DNA of 64,000 nt from contig NW_024704742.1 of NCBI RefSeq assembly GCF_018977255.1, positions 35,156,001 to 35,220,000 of the forward strand, given 5' to 3'. Source of the stretch: Callorhinchus milii. Its lineage: Eukaryota. A program made the position numbers and the translations under genes. Of this stretch, positions 1 to 53,202 are shown in pieces. The notes under the pieces are model-generated. The model saw nothing but the letters and a program-made list of their open reading frames with translations. It was not told where the DNA came from and searched no databases. Numbering within the stretch: position 1 is the first letter of the stretch; each line of letters opens with the position of its first letter.

Positions 1-283
1 TTTCCTTACTCCACACGCCTCTGTTTACCGAGCAGTAAGTAGGAACCTGGTTTTTAGTTTATTAGCGGATTGCTTTTCCGGGGATAATAATCCTTAAAAA
101 AACAATAATAATTTGGTTACTTCAATCTACGACTGTTTGTGGGACACTGCTGTGCGCAAATTGGCTGCCCCGTTTCGCTCACAAATATACTGTCAATTCA
201 CTTTACAATATATTCTGTGAAGAGTTTTGAGACATCTAGAAGACATGAAAAGTGCTATATCAAATGCAAGGATTATTATATTA
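1..283 (+). mobile_element. tRNA-derived SINE (abundant family A), head cut by the window edge
   Basis: Body and ...gctatatcaaatgcaaggattattat tail match the full-length copy at 18825. Confidence 0.85.
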
Positions 284-674
284 AAAAAATAATGCTACCA
301 GTACAATATATTAAACTATCATATTAAAGGGTTTTAACAGGTAATTCACTATTGAACCTAAACTTGCTCATTTAAAGCATATTTTCACTTCAGTGAAATT
401 CCTTTTTTTATCCTCCGCATAGCATTTTACTATTAAGTTTGTGCTGGGTAGCCTAGATTCTCCTGAGAGTTTTTTATAAACTTTTTTTTTAACTTGCCAA
501 TTCAGTTTGTTAAACGGCAACTTTGTTTCCAAAGAGAGCCACTTGGAAAATGTGTTCCATCTCGCTTCCTCTCACCCCCACCCCAACAGTTGTTTCACTC
601 CCAGAAACGGGTTTTTATTTTGAAGAGTTTTTTAAAAGCATTTTTTAAAAAAAATTAAGAAGATAACTTAATCA

Positions 675-790
675 CAGGGTTCGATTCCTGGGCAGCATGA
701 ACCATAGGCAAGTTTATTTTGTGAAATGCTTTGAGACGTCTCAATGATGTGATAAGGTGCTATATCAAATGCAAGGATTATAATTATTAT
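675..790 (+). mobile_element. SINE family A, internally deleted (B-box head fused to tail)
   Basis: gggttcgattcctgggcag followed directly by the tail sequence. Confidence 0.75.
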
Positions 791-2289
791 GTGTTTAGAA
801 CATATGTGCAGAAACTCCTCTACATCAATCTATAAGGTATGCAATTTAAGAATATGAGGTGCAGTTGTATCCAACTATCTTAGAACTTTCATGTAAACAA
901 AAAACTTTCATGAGTTTCCCAAGCATTTTCACTCATCATGTTAATCTTAAAATTTGTATCTAACTGATTTTAATTTCCCTGTAAGGCATGTTTGAATGGG
1001 GTTGCTGAGTTTAGAATTAAATGAATTAATTTCACTTATAGAAGACATTAGAATTGGCACCCAGCATTTATGTATTTCAGCTGCTTGATTGATTTTTGCT
1101 GTGTAGCTGTTTATTTAACACAGTTCATTGGTGACTCAGTGTGTACCTCAAATCAGCATAAACATGTTGTTGACGACTGTTAAAAACCTCAACACAAGGG
1201 TGGCACTCACTTTGCTATCTGTGGGATTCCCCGATAATGTGAACTCCTATTAACCACTCACATTATTAAAGTGAACCAGTTTGCAAAGCATTGCTCAAAA
1301 AGTGGGCCTCTTAGAGATATTAGTGGTAGTAAAGCAGAGTATAGCTCACCTATTTAATGTTTACCTTGCCTTAATTTTCACAGAAGAGAGGGATAGAATT
1401 AAAGGGAATAGGGCTCAGCTACTTGGGATAAGGATCGAAAAGGAAACCATGTTTTTTTAAAAAAGAGGTTTTGTAGTACTTTATTCACAATATTGTATAT
1501 CTGTATTGCAGGATCTTTTTCAGGCTCAAATAGCGATATGAGGGCAACAGATCTGATCATTATTTTTGTTAATATAGTATTGAGAGTCTTAGAATTTTGG
1601 TTGAGCATTTAACAGTTTCGACAAAAGTAACTTGTTCAGGAGACCCCAAAAAATGCAATTTTTATTAAAATTTCAAAGGTACAATTATACTTTTAATGCT
1701 GATGTTTATATGTTTCGGTTTGCAGATTATGATCTGTTTGGAGATGTACAGAGTGCTGACAAGCCCATAAACGTATAGTAGACTTTCCATCCTAGCATTG
1801 TCTGAAAAAGCATCAGATTATTTTGTCAGGAGACACTGGGCCAAATTACACTCAAGTACCTTCTTGGGTGGAGTGTGTACAGGGTGACCAAAATGTTGTG
1901 ATACCATTACAATGTGTAATAAGTCTTAAAGAAAGAATGATATTTGTTTGATTGGTTTTCTTTCTGTAATATTGTTAAATGAACCCCATGTTCTCAGTCT
2001 GTAGCTTTAGAGGAGTGGGCCATCTGCTTCACATAATCAGAAAATTGGTTCTGCTTTTAAATTTTTTGATTTTCAATTGGTAAAATCTTTCAAATTTATA
2101 ATCTTTAGGGGGAGGGAAAGAAATGTGTTGTTTGAAAGAATATGAAAAGTGCTCTGTAGAGATGAGAAAGTAATGCTCCAGGCGAACACATGGTCCAATT
2201 TCATTGTTTTTGGAAAAAGTAATCAAGCTTTCTTGTGAGACAATAGATCTCTATACTTTCTAATTATTTGAAGACCAGCAGCATTTATC

Positions 2290-3145
2290 CACTACCACAT
2301 ACCACCTTTTGGGAGGAAGTCCCAAGGTGCTAGACATTTGAGGGTTTGCCCTGAGCTGGGGGGGTTTATTCGGTAGCGGTTGGGGCAGAGGGCGTGGGGA
2401 TGGGAAGATGACCGAAGGCACATGAAAGTGGAAGGTCTTGAAACAGGACCTTGAAGGAAGCGAGGGAAGGGCAAGGCCAAGGAACTTCGGGATGGAGTTC
2501 TGGAGAGTTGGTGCAGGAAGGCTGAAGGCCTGATGGGATTGGCAAGGCGGCGACGTGAAGTAAACCAGTGCCTGTTGAGCAGAGGGAGTAAGTTGGTTGG
2601 TAGGGTTTTAGAAGGTCACCGAGGTAGGGTGTGGCAAGATCATGGAAGGATTTAAAAGTGAGGATGAGGATCTTGAATTTGATCCTCTGGGGGATGTGGA
2701 GGTCGGTAAGGATGGGGGTGATGGGCTCATGAAGCCTGGTGTGGGAGAGGACACAAGCTGCAAAGTTCTGAATGATCCGTAGCTTGTGGAGTGAAGAGTT
2801 GGGAAGTATGGTGAGCAGAGAGTTGACATAGGCGAGCCTGGAAGTGATAAAAGCATGGATAAGGGTCTTGACAGCCTGAGGGGAGAGGTAGTGGCGGAGG
2901 CTGACAATGTTGTGGAGGTAGGGTAAAGTTGAACAAGTCATGGATGTGGGGTTTAAAGGATAGTTGAGTCGAATAAGGTACTGAGTTTCCGCACTGGCTC
3001 TCTGAGGTGGAATGTGTAGATTGATGCCGTCATCGCCTGAGGTGAGAAGGCACTGACAGGAGCCAAGCAGGAGAGCCTCTGTCTTGTTGACATTCAGCTG
3101 GAGAAAGTTAGTTCTCAACCAGGACTTGATGTCTGACAGGCAACC
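2290..3145 (-). mobile_element. L2-clade LINE, 5'-truncated ORF2 C-terminal fragment
   Basis: ORF 2366..3118 with [24 protein letters not shown] and QRIKFKILILTFK motifs. Confidence 0.9.
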
Positions 3146-6100
3146 AATGTAAAAGTCATTCTAGTAAATCCTAATAAAAATGTGTTACTTATATAAAACT
3201 TAGAAACATATTTTTGAAGGTATTTGTGTTTGTATAACAAGAGTTTGCTTTCAAAACATAGATGGTTATTTATGCAGATACTTTCTGTTTTTGATTAGCT
3301 ACAGCGACTATCTGCTCCATGATTGATGCACAAAGTTACGTGAAGTAACTTGCATTCTGGAAGTGTTTGTAAAGCAGTAATAAATGGTGCTTCTGTAGCT
3401 ATGCAAGCAGTTAGCTCAGGCTTTGGAATGTATTCCGAACCATTTAACGCGTTTCAAGTAGGCCTCTTTTGTTGTTGAATTTCAAGTAGGCTTCTCAGCT
3501 GAAGTATTGGGACATTTTGGATCACGGTTTTGGTACTGCAAATGAGAATTTACAAAGAAGGACTGTTGTACTCTGTCCACTGCACAACTTCTTTATCTGT
3601 GTATACATAGTAAATGAATTGGAAGGTCTGTCTTTTTTTAAAAAAATACTGACTTGTCTGTGTGATGATCTCTTTCCAGGCTGTGTGAATGAATGCTTTT
3701 GCCTTTTACTTAATTCCATGCCAATTTTCTCCTTTACCCCTCAACTTATGAAATGGTTTGATTCCTCATTCTGCTTTACAGGGAGTGTGTTTTTTACAGG
3801 GCCCTGGTAACTTTCTGGTATTTCACCAAAGTGACGATTATTCATGTGAGCTTTGACAGTGGCAGTTTGTTTGGTTTTTGGTGCAATCTTGCAGCTTTTT
3901 TTCTTCATTTGTACTTTTTCTTTCAAATAAATTCCGCTCCTCATTATGTCTTGTCATTTAGGAAGTTCTCTATTGCTTTTGAATAATATTACTCAGTTTT
4001 TGACCCCATATTATTTTCCTCCCCATGTACCATTTTGCAGTGAAAGGGGATAATAATCACCTTCTTTCCCTGCATCTGCCTCTGTTTGGTGCAGAAGAAT
4101 GGTTGGACTGACTGGGTCATATACTTTTTGTTCTCCCAATGTGTATACACCTGGTCAGCTCCTGACACTTTTCATTGAATTACAGTACAACACACATTTC
4201 CGTATTGCTTTTCACACCACGAGGATGAGACTGAGGAGGTGGAAGAGAGGTAAATGTCTGAAAGCGTGGTTTAGAGACAGATTCATGGCTGATTTATTTA
4301 AAAGATGGCTATTCATTGGATGATACACATTTATAATTCTTGTACCTGATGCAGGATCCATAATGCCAATCCCTCAGAGCTTCAGATAATTGCTGTTAAG
4401 TGAAGTGTTAGTAGCCCAACGCACACGCAGTGTTCCCCAAGCCTTGACTCTTGCCAACCTGTGCCTAATACTCTGGAATTAGGTAAGCAGAGTGTGTCCT
4501 TCCAGGGAGAGTGTTCATTTCAATTCTAGATGTAAATTTCCATGTGTAGGTGGATTACATATGTAGAATTCTGTCTGGTTTGGAATCTCGGAAGCATAGT
4601 GATAGGTTTCTGATGTGTCAGACACCTACCTGACCAAAAAAAACTCTTCTTGTTCAATCCTCTTGACGGTATCATGGTGCCTGTAACCTAGTTATCCCAT
4701 TAAAAAATGCAAAATCTGTCATCAACTGAACTTTCATCTCCCACTAAAGCTTCACATAAGTGGGTTAGAATAGCAATAGTTATTTTTTTGTGAGGTAACT
4801 AGGACCTATTCATAGCTCAACCCTCTTCACTGTTCTGAATCTTGGCCTGTGTATTTACTCCTCCATATGGCTGCTTACCACTAAGGAATAGTTTTCTGTT
4901 TCTGTGTGTAGATAAAAAACAGATTTCTAACTTTGTATTTTAAAATCACCATCAAATAGGGGAGGGAGCTGGGGAATTATCTTTCAGTGACCATGTTAAT
5001 ACCAAGTTCTTTACAGAAATCCATGTTTTGTGAAATTCTCGTGTCTTCAGGAAGAATATTAAACAGAAAGGGAAATAGCAACTGACTTACGCTATTCTTA
5101 ATTGCAAAATTGTACAGTAGTCAGTGAAATAACGTGAGGTCAAAAACAGCACTGGTCTAAATGATTTTACTCATCAATAGAAAATTGCAAATATTTCTTA
5201 GTGGCAAGTGACTGCAAGTGTGGAGGAGTTGATAAACAGGTTTGAGCCTTAAATGGATCCAAGTTATCTCATTTTAAAAAAAAATGGAATTGTTGTTCTA
5301 ACCACTAATGTTTGTAGATTCTAGTGGGTGATTAAGTTTAAGATGATGAGGCAAATATTATGGCAGAATTTGTATGTATGTAGTACAGAACATGTTGAAG
5401 TTGCTACAGTGCAATGTATACAGTATTTTGCATATTTTGCAATTGGGTAACCTACATCAATATATAACTTGCTTAAACCTGGTGGTTGAGAGTGTGGTTA
5501 TGTGTTCTGATTTTGTAGGTAGATGGATGTTGGTGATTTTGAATGGGAGCATGACAATTGTAGTCTCTGAGTAACTTTGTACAGTACCTCTTTGCAGAGA
5601 TGTAGCTAGGATTTGTAATCTGCACTTGTCTAGCTAGCAGCAGGAAAAAATGTTAGGCAGAAAGGAATTTTTGGCTTTGGAAGAAACACAGATTTCTGTA
5701 TTGTGTTTCTTCCAAAGTAAGCAGCACACATTAGGACTTAACATATGCTGTGTCTCCAGATAAAATATAATAACCGTGAAGGAAATTCTATTCGGAAGAA
5801 CACAGCCTGTGGTTATAACTGAAAGCTGCAATGATCATAATTGGGGATAGTTCAGGGAAGAGTGAAAGAAATCTATATTTTAAAAGTGACTTGTGTGACA
5901 AAAAATCAGAAAGGTGTGGTTTGTTCTCTTGCAGCACTGAATCTGTTTGTTTATACAGATACACACACACACACATGGCCCCAGGCTGCACTTAGAGAAT
6001 AGACTTCAGTGGGATAGAATGCTCATTAAGTGGATCACCTTGTCATCTCTTATCTCTGATAATACAATAAATAATGTGCATAAAGCTTCAACATCCATTT

Positions 6101-6289
6101 TTTCTATTTTACTGGCCCTATGGCCCAGTAGACCTTTTGTTTCTAAATCACTCTGTATATGAGCTATAATGCTGCTAGTCAAAATTGTTGCATTAACTTG
6201 AGATCAGTGTGGCTACATCCTGAGTGTAAATATGTTAATGATTTCCTCTATGTGCAGTTCTGGTTGTCATATAGTGTAAAAAAAGTGCA

Positions 6290-6865
6290 GCACGGAAGAG
6301 AGAGTATGGTGTAGATTTACTAAAATGTTGCCAGAGATAAGTGGATACAGCTTTCAAGAAAGCTTGGACAAGTTTGCATTTTTCTGTTGGGAGATGAGAC
6401 AATTTAGAGGGGACCTGATCAAAATGTTAAAAATTATTAAATTGTTTTGCCCACAAAATAGTCAATTCACCATTGTAAAGCACTTTCAGATGTCTCAACG
6501 ATGTGATAAATCACTATCAAATTCCATTATTATTATTAAATGATTTGATAAGGTGGACATTAATAGGTGGTTTCCACTTTGAATCCAAAACAAAAGGGCA
6601 TAAATATGATATCCAGGGTTGGATCTAAAAAGGAGTTTAGGAGAAATTTCTTTATGCCGAGGGTGGTAGGAATGTAGAACTCACTGCTACAAGCTGCAGT
6701 TGAAACATCGATGCAATGTATTTAAGAGGGAACTTGATGTATATAGGAGCAGGAAATCAAGACATGTGGGACAGTGGAGTAGGAGATGTGGAGGCTTATG
6801 AGTATAAATTCCAGCATGGACTAGTTGGGTGAATGGCCTGTTTTCATGCTGTAACAGTCTGTAAC
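6290..6865 (+). mobile_element. CR1-clade LINE 3' fragment interrupted by a SINE tail (~6447-6540)
   Basis: RGDLIKMLKI-type motif, then a CR1 3' UTR ending gaatggcctgttttcatgctgtaa. Confidence 0.8.
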
Positions 6866-7409
6866 ATATTGCTGGTATTCCTTTTTGGATTTATAACAAT
6901 AGTATTGTTTTTATGTTGTATTTATCTCTTATGTTAAGCTCTAAGGTTTTTTTATGATTACAGCCATACTGTTGGTGCCCAAAATTAATTAAGTTGTTAA
7001 ATTGTTACATTGGTTTCTATCTGTTTATAATAATTATCATAATTCATATATTGCTTAGCACTAAGTTCATAAAGACTGAAAAATAAATTCTATTTGTCAC
7101 ATTATTCTTCAAAACTGATGTTGACTGGGATGTTTCTCTGATATTACTTCTACATTTTAAATTTACAATTCAAATAAATTACAACACTTGTAAATTAATA
7201 ACGAATACTAAATGTTTGACGAATAAGTCTTTTACACCGTAACACTGGGATTTATAAAGTACTCTGGTGTGGCAAACTGATTGGCTGTAAATGCACATGT
7301 GCTATAACTACATTGTCGCCAGAGAATCATGTAAAGTACTCACATTTATGAGGCTTCATTGAAGTCTTGTGAGTCTGTGTGATGTAGTCACATAAAGTGT
7401 GACACTGCT

Positions 7410-7970
7410 CAACAACAGCAACAACTCCCTTCATGCAGAATAGTGTCTCAGAGAGCTGATCATAGTTCAGTGGCATAGTTTGATACCAAGCCAGGGAGAA
7501 GGGAAAGATGACTGAAGATATGGTCGAGGGGGAAAGTCTTCATGCGATCTGAATGATTCAGGCACGATTGACTGAATGGCCTTCTATGATCTGAATATGA
7601 GCAAAAGGGGTAAGGCGGAGGGATTGAGGCAGGGAGTTTGAGGTTTGGGCATTGTGGCTGACAGCACAGCCACTGATGATGGAACACTGAGGGGTTGACA
7701 TATGTGCAGAAGGCATGAGCCACGTAAGCAAAGGGTAGAGGAATGGCGTGTGACCAAATTGGAGAGGTCAGGAAGTGCTGGGGCATGAAGTGATTTATAC
7801 CCGATTCTGAGAATCTTGAAATCCATTTATTCTGTGATAAACCAATGGAGCCTGGTGAGAAATTAGGTGATGGGGTTGCAAACTTTGGTACGGTGGAGGA
7901 TTCAGCTGGCGGAGATTTGAATCAGTTGATCTTTGTTGATGGTGGAGCTGGGGTCATGGGTGAGGAGTGT
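7410..7970 (-). mobile_element. Old L2 LINE 3' fragment
   Basis: MDFKILRIGYKSLH.. is a degenerate L2 ORF2 end; (ttg)n tail. Confidence 0.7.
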
Positions 7971-9689
7971 AATCCCCCAACATCATATATATTTTTTAAC
8001 CACCAAGATGAGAATTTACTGTAGTTATTGAGATTTGAACTCGTTGCAAGTGGGTGGAGAACTGCACCTTAAAACTGCCTATAGCTTGTAGAAATAACAG
8101 TCCTAAGAGAACAAAGGATAACTGGTATGGAAAATACATGGAACGATATAAACTAGTCCCCTATAGATTTTACACAGATGGATAGACAGCTCCTAGATTG
8201 ACCTACCAAAGAGGGACTTTCCTAATGTCCATCAAGGAAAAACAAAATGTCTTAGTGTATCATTTAATGACTACTTCCAAGGGATTTCATATTGAGTACT
8301 TTAAATGGATGCATAATACTACCAAGACATGCCTCAAGGAAAATGTACTATATTGTGAAAAGGGATGAATGCGGCCCCACAAAAAAAATCCCATTAAGCT
8401 TTCAGACAAAAGGTTTCTACTCCGAATGCATTGTGATGTAAGAATTATATTTGATGATTTCACATCATTTCACATTGGGTTGACAATGTGTCCGTTTCAA
8501 AATGATCTGTATATATGTGGATATTTAACTCGTCCTTCTGTGATCGCTGCCATCGGTTGGTCCCTGGAACTTTACTTTGGCAATCATCATATGTTTGTAC
8601 CAGTTTTGCCAATTAAGATTTGTCACACACTGTGCCTGTTAGTACAAAATGTTCCATTTTGGTTAATTGACAAAAGTTTTGTGTTAAACAATTTTTTCAT
8701 GCTGTAATTTTTAACTGTTACCTGTACACTTAACTGGATTTATAATTGTAGGCAACTAGTTGTGTTCACACAGGATGTATTCAGGATTTTGCAGCAGTTA
8801 TCACCAGAAGCAGACCTAACTGGTGATTAAATTGATTGAACACTTAGCATCCTGACTTGCCAGTTGATGTTCTTAAAAAGATAAACAATTGATATGGGTT
8901 CCGATTGTAACCTCTTAAGTTAAATGAGTAATTAAGTTAGTATTATAAAAGTTGTGTTTTGAAATATTGTCAGCAGAACATTTAACTTTCTCAAGCGGTA
9001 TAAATAAAAGCGGAACCAGTCCAGTCTATTTCAGTGTCAGCACAGTTTTACTCAAAAGGCTGCTGTTTTAAAAAAAAGTACCTAAGAATTTGCTAGGTGA
9101 ACGAAGACCAGCATCCACCCAGTTCCCCTTTCACCATCCTGGCAATCACATGACGGCATTTAAGACTTATCTACATAATTACCTGTATCTACTGATAAAA
9201 CATTGCCATGGAACCCAAGTAAATTTATTTGCATAAAACCATGTTTTGTTTAAAAAAGACAATGAGAAAAAAATCTTGGTGCATTGCAGCTGTTCAAATG
9301 TTTGTACAATTAAGGATCAAAGATGTATATTTTGTATAAATGATATATAGTGACGATGGAAAACCCATCTCATTTCACAATCTGTGGCAAAAAGTATTAA
9401 ATACGTAGTATTCTGATGGCATTTTCAAATGCAATGTTTCAAATAAACCAAAACAATTGACCAGAAATTGTTTATATCAACAGAAACTTGACAATTTAAT
9501 GCAGTCCCTGATTTTGCAGAGAACTAATTATAGATACTGTATGCACTTCCACTGCCTGATAGATTTAGTATTCTGAACCTTTGCTTGCTGATTTTTGAGG
9601 GCTAAGGAAGAGCAATGTAGGAACTTTCCAATGGATATAGTAGCCTTCGATGTATCTTATGCTGATTAACTAATGAAGATACTGTATTT

Positions 9690-10080
9690 AACAAAAATGA
9701 GAGGCTGGGTAAATGTGGATTATATTCCCTTGAACTCAAGAGGCTAAATGGTGTCTGATTGAGTTTCTTTTTAAATAATGGAGGGAATTGCCAAGATAGA
9801 TAGGTGATATTCCTTATTGCTGGTAGAAAGATCCTTAAAAAGGGGATATAAATTTAGAGCTAAATTGGTTCAAAGTGAATTCAGAAACATTTATTCACAC
9901 TGAGTTCTGAGAATGGAATTAACTGCCATAGGAAGGCCATAGATGCAAATCAATTGGAAAGTTTAAAAATAGAAAGATTGATAGGAGGTAAGGAAATTGA
10001 ACAAGATGGTGAAAAGGCAGGCAAATATCTCCCAGATCTAATATAGTGGTCGAACAGACTAGTTTGCTTCTGTTCCTAGA
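9690..10080 (+). mobile_element. Degenerate CR1 LINE 3' fragment
   Basis: Similar to the CR1 copies at 41752-42545 and 60772-61321. Confidence 0.65.
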
Positions 10081-11329
10081 TCATCAACTGATTTTGGGCT
10101 GGAGAATAGAGTCCATGATGAATACTCAGTACAATACTAAACACATTGTTGTTTTATACAGCGCTCTTGGAGGACATCTCAAGGGTCTTAACAACCCTAG
10201 TTTGGCATTTGAGCGGAGGTAGAGTCCAGGTGGGCAGGGAGGGGAAAGATGACAAAGCATGGTCAACGAGATAGGGCTTTTAATAAGGTCTTTTTAAATC
10301 ATGCACATATTATGGAGAAAGTGGGGTTGTTGAACTAGGTGGCCATTTGTCTCCTTTTTTTAACATTGTAGTTTTTTTTTGCATTTTGAATATTTGATGG
10401 TTCAAATGACTATATAGTTTTAGTTTGGTTTTGAAGCTTGAAGGTTTGATCTGAAGAGATGTACTGTTTTAAATGCAAGCTGTTGCGTGATGTGACGGGT
10501 GCTGTAACATTACAGGGTTGATGGTTATTTATATCCGCTTGATATTCTTTTTCTGGCATCGATCTGCAAAAATCGCACTAATGTTCTGAAATAAAACCCA
10601 ATGACTTGCATGGAAACCAGCTGCTGAGATCACTTTGAAGGGTTTTTTTTTTTGGCAGAACATCAATTTGCGGTACTATAACTATAAAGCAGCTGGTGCA
10701 GTTTGGCCTTCATTTTAAAATGATTCCTTTTTAAAAGTTTTTGGGAAGTCCAATTTAAGAACATTTAGGACCTTTTTTAATGCAATAATGTTGGGCGTGG
10801 TAACTCGGAATTGAAAGTATAAATTCTGTTTCATGTCCCAGTGGTGTTAAAAGTGACATCAACAACAACAAAATTACTTTGTATAGTGCTTTTCACGTCG
10901 GGAGGACGTCCCAAAGCGATGTTAAATAATTTACAGAGTATAACCAAGGGTTTGCAGATTATACAAATCTGTATTTATTTTGTTTATACAAAAAAAGTTG
11001 CATATGAATGAAAATAACAGGGTAATCCAAAAGGAAGCCCTTATCACATTAAATTAGTAACAGGTGGTCTCACAGGGCCTGTTTTGTCTTTGAAAGTGAT
11101 GGAAAGACAAACTATGGAATGACATTATTCTCATGTGTATTGAAGGAAAATAATGTAAATAAGAATGTTATAAAGAGGACGAGCGTGGGGGCAAGTAACA
11201 AATGATGTGATTGTTGAAAATAGCAATCTACACAACTTCTGTTACATATTCTCTAAATAGACCAGAAAGCAGACCAGAATGCTGAAATAATTGAACAGTG
11301 TCATTCAGGTTCCCGAAACTTTCTTACAG

Positions 11330-11578
11330 TGGCAGCCAATTGCACACAGTAGTGTCCCACACAATCATAGATTGAAAGACCAAATTATTATTATTTTGAA
11401 GGGATTATTAGCCCCGAAAAGCAATCCGCCAATCAACTAACAACCAGGTTCCTACTTTCTGCTAGGTGAATAGAGTTGTGTGGAGTAAAGAAACTTGCCC
11501 AGCATTTTACCCTGCCCGGGAATCAAACCCAGGCCCTGTTGCTTGCGAGGCGAGAGCACTAACCACTGAGGACTCCAC
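11330..11578 (-). mobile_element. SINE family A (head plus body)
   Basis: Reverse complement of the tRNA head (A/B boxes) and body. Confidence 0.85.
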
Positions 11579-11858
11579 CAGTCTACAAGACTATACTTCG
11601 CACACTATTCCCTCTGAGTTAAGACGTAAAAACCATGCATATGGATAGAACTCTTATCGTATGGTTTGAATACTCTAAAGCATAGTACACTTGGTCTACT
11701 CCATTAGTAGTCATTGGAGGGCCATCAGGAATGGGACCACTGATTGATTTTCCCCTTTTCAACCTGAAGGGGGTGGGCGGGGGTTTACTTTTTAAAAAAA
11801 AGTGTTTCTGTAATCACCAAATGCTTTGTACAAAAATTTTCAGCTTGATATGCTATAA

Positions 11859-51150
<39,292 letters not shown>

Positions 51151-52208
51151 ATCTTAGTCTTCCAGCACATACTCAATGTGCACTTTGTTCAAAACTCATT
51201 CCCCACCACAAGGCCTTAAGAGCAGGGCCCTCCCCCTGCTACAGAATACCTCTTGAGCAGTCATAGTTGGTGAAATCCCAGCTGACTTGCAGTCTCTCCC
51301 CTTAAATTCAATTTTCTCAATGTGTGGTAGTAGCTTGTATGATCCACTTCATTCTTAATTTCACATTTTAAAAAGATTTATAACCCCACCTGTTACAAGG
51401 GAATTAATTCTTTTTATTAACTTTGAATTTTTTCATGAAAAACGTTCTTTTATTTCTCAATGTGAGGAAGTGAAAGGCGCTATATCAAATGCAAGGATTA
51501 TTATTCTTATACAGAACCTGTTTAAAAATGTAATCATATGTCCATTAGAAAGGGACTTGATTGAAGTTTTCAAACTGTAACTACACTCGATCATGTAAAT
51601 TATGCATTTTGCTTTTTCTGAGGTTGAGGACATCCAGCGGAAAGAATTCATTTGTAGAATGTATCCGTATTCCTCAAAATAATCTAGTATCAGGCCAAAT
51701 TCTATGTGTTCTGCTTATTGGTAAAGTGATCATGATATGCAGCCAGTTTGAGAAGCAGACATTTTTATATACCTGGAGTTGAAATGCCCTTTCATTATTG
51801 TGTGATTAATAATTGTTTTGCTTGTGTTCAGCCAAGCTGCTTGTGTGAATGGAAATCAAACTAGCATCCAGCATATAGTATATATTTTATTGCTGAGATA
51901 CAGTTAAAGTGCACTTTTCAGACTTAGACTTCCACTATCTATTGAGGCTTGAAAATGAACAGGTCTTAACTTTTTGTATTAATAGATTTCATTGTAATTT
52001 GTTAAACTTGTCATTTTTATATTTTGATTACAATTTGCTTAATGATTTTCTTTCCACTGTTAACACATTGAGAGCTCTGTTTGGATTTGCTCTTTGCAAG
52101 CTGTTCAGTCTTGATTTATCTTAATTTAACGATGCATCAAGAGGGGTGGTTTTCCCATATACCCCTTGTTGTTGATTGTATTCATTCTTATCTGCTTTCC
52201 AATGAAGC

Positions 52209-52214
52209 AATAAA
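52209..52214 (+). promoter_or_regulatory. Candidate BMP2K polyadenylation signal AATAAA (another at 53653-53662)
   Basis: Canonical hexamer ~1.06 kb after the stop codon; use not demonstrated. Confidence 0.4.
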
Positions 52215-53196
52215 TTCTACTTGGGTCAGACTTCAAGAATTTAACATTTATAACCATCTATAAATAATTCACTGGTAAGGATTTTTAAAAAATATTGCAC
52301 ACCTGATTTCAACATCTTTTTTTTGACAAATTCCAAAGATGTTGATGGAATTTCATTCCCCTGGATGCAGTGTGGCACCAACTGAAATTTTCAGAATCCC
52401 CTCTTACTGAAACTCCTTGACACTTGCTTTCATCGAAGCTCATTTCAAAAGCATCAAGGCAGATGATCGTGCCTTCTCAAGACGTCAATATACTTTATAA
52501 GACCCAAATGCTGCTCTTCATTCTGTCAAGCTCCAAAGGTTCCGTTTCCATATTATTTTGCTTCATTTCAAATGATTGCACTTAAATTCCCAGCTGAGGA
52601 TGGATAGACAGCCTTCTCTAATATACCTACATATCAAACAGTCACTACACTTAAATATTTGCTGTGTGGGAAGTGATTCGAGACATTTGATACGATGAGG
52701 TGTTATGTCAAATGCTACTAATTACTTATAAAGCTACCTACAATAATCAAATCCACTACTTTTGCAATAGATGTGGAGATGTGCAAATATAGTAGAATAA
52801 CTTGACTTACTAACAAAGTGATGCCTGGCAGTCTATATACATTCAGGAATTCAATACTATGTTTGCTGTTAAAAAATTATCTGCAAATTACTGCACATTA
52901 GTTATGACATTGGTTGAAATAATTCCATTCCCTTTTCTTGAACTTTTTTGACTCCAACTGAAACACCAACAGTTTTTTGGTGATGTTCAATTTTTTTTGC
53001 AAGACATTTGTAAGAAAGCATGCATTTGCCTTTCACCTAGGAAATTAACTGAACTCTTAAGATGTAGTCTTATACTGACAAAGATTGTTAATTCGTGTTC
53101 ATTCATTTGTTCCTTACTACTCCACCCTCTTGAAATCCTTTCTCTTGCTGTGAATTGAATATGTTCTTTATAGAGAAAAACTGTTTATATAAGAAG

Positions 53197-53202
53197 TTTA
53201 TT
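53197..53202 (-). promoter_or_regulatory. Candidate PAQR3 polyadenylation signal AATAAA (another at 53545-53550)
   Basis: TTTATT on the + strand, followed on the - strand by a U-rich tract (gtttttctct). Confidence 0.4.

Noticed and set aside
52309..52345. 11-bp stem hairpin downstream of the BMP2K stop (a similar 15-bp one lies at 32877-32917)
   Set aside because: Short AT-rich stems like these can arise by chance in 64 kb, and they match no known element such as SECIS, IRE or the histone stem-loop.
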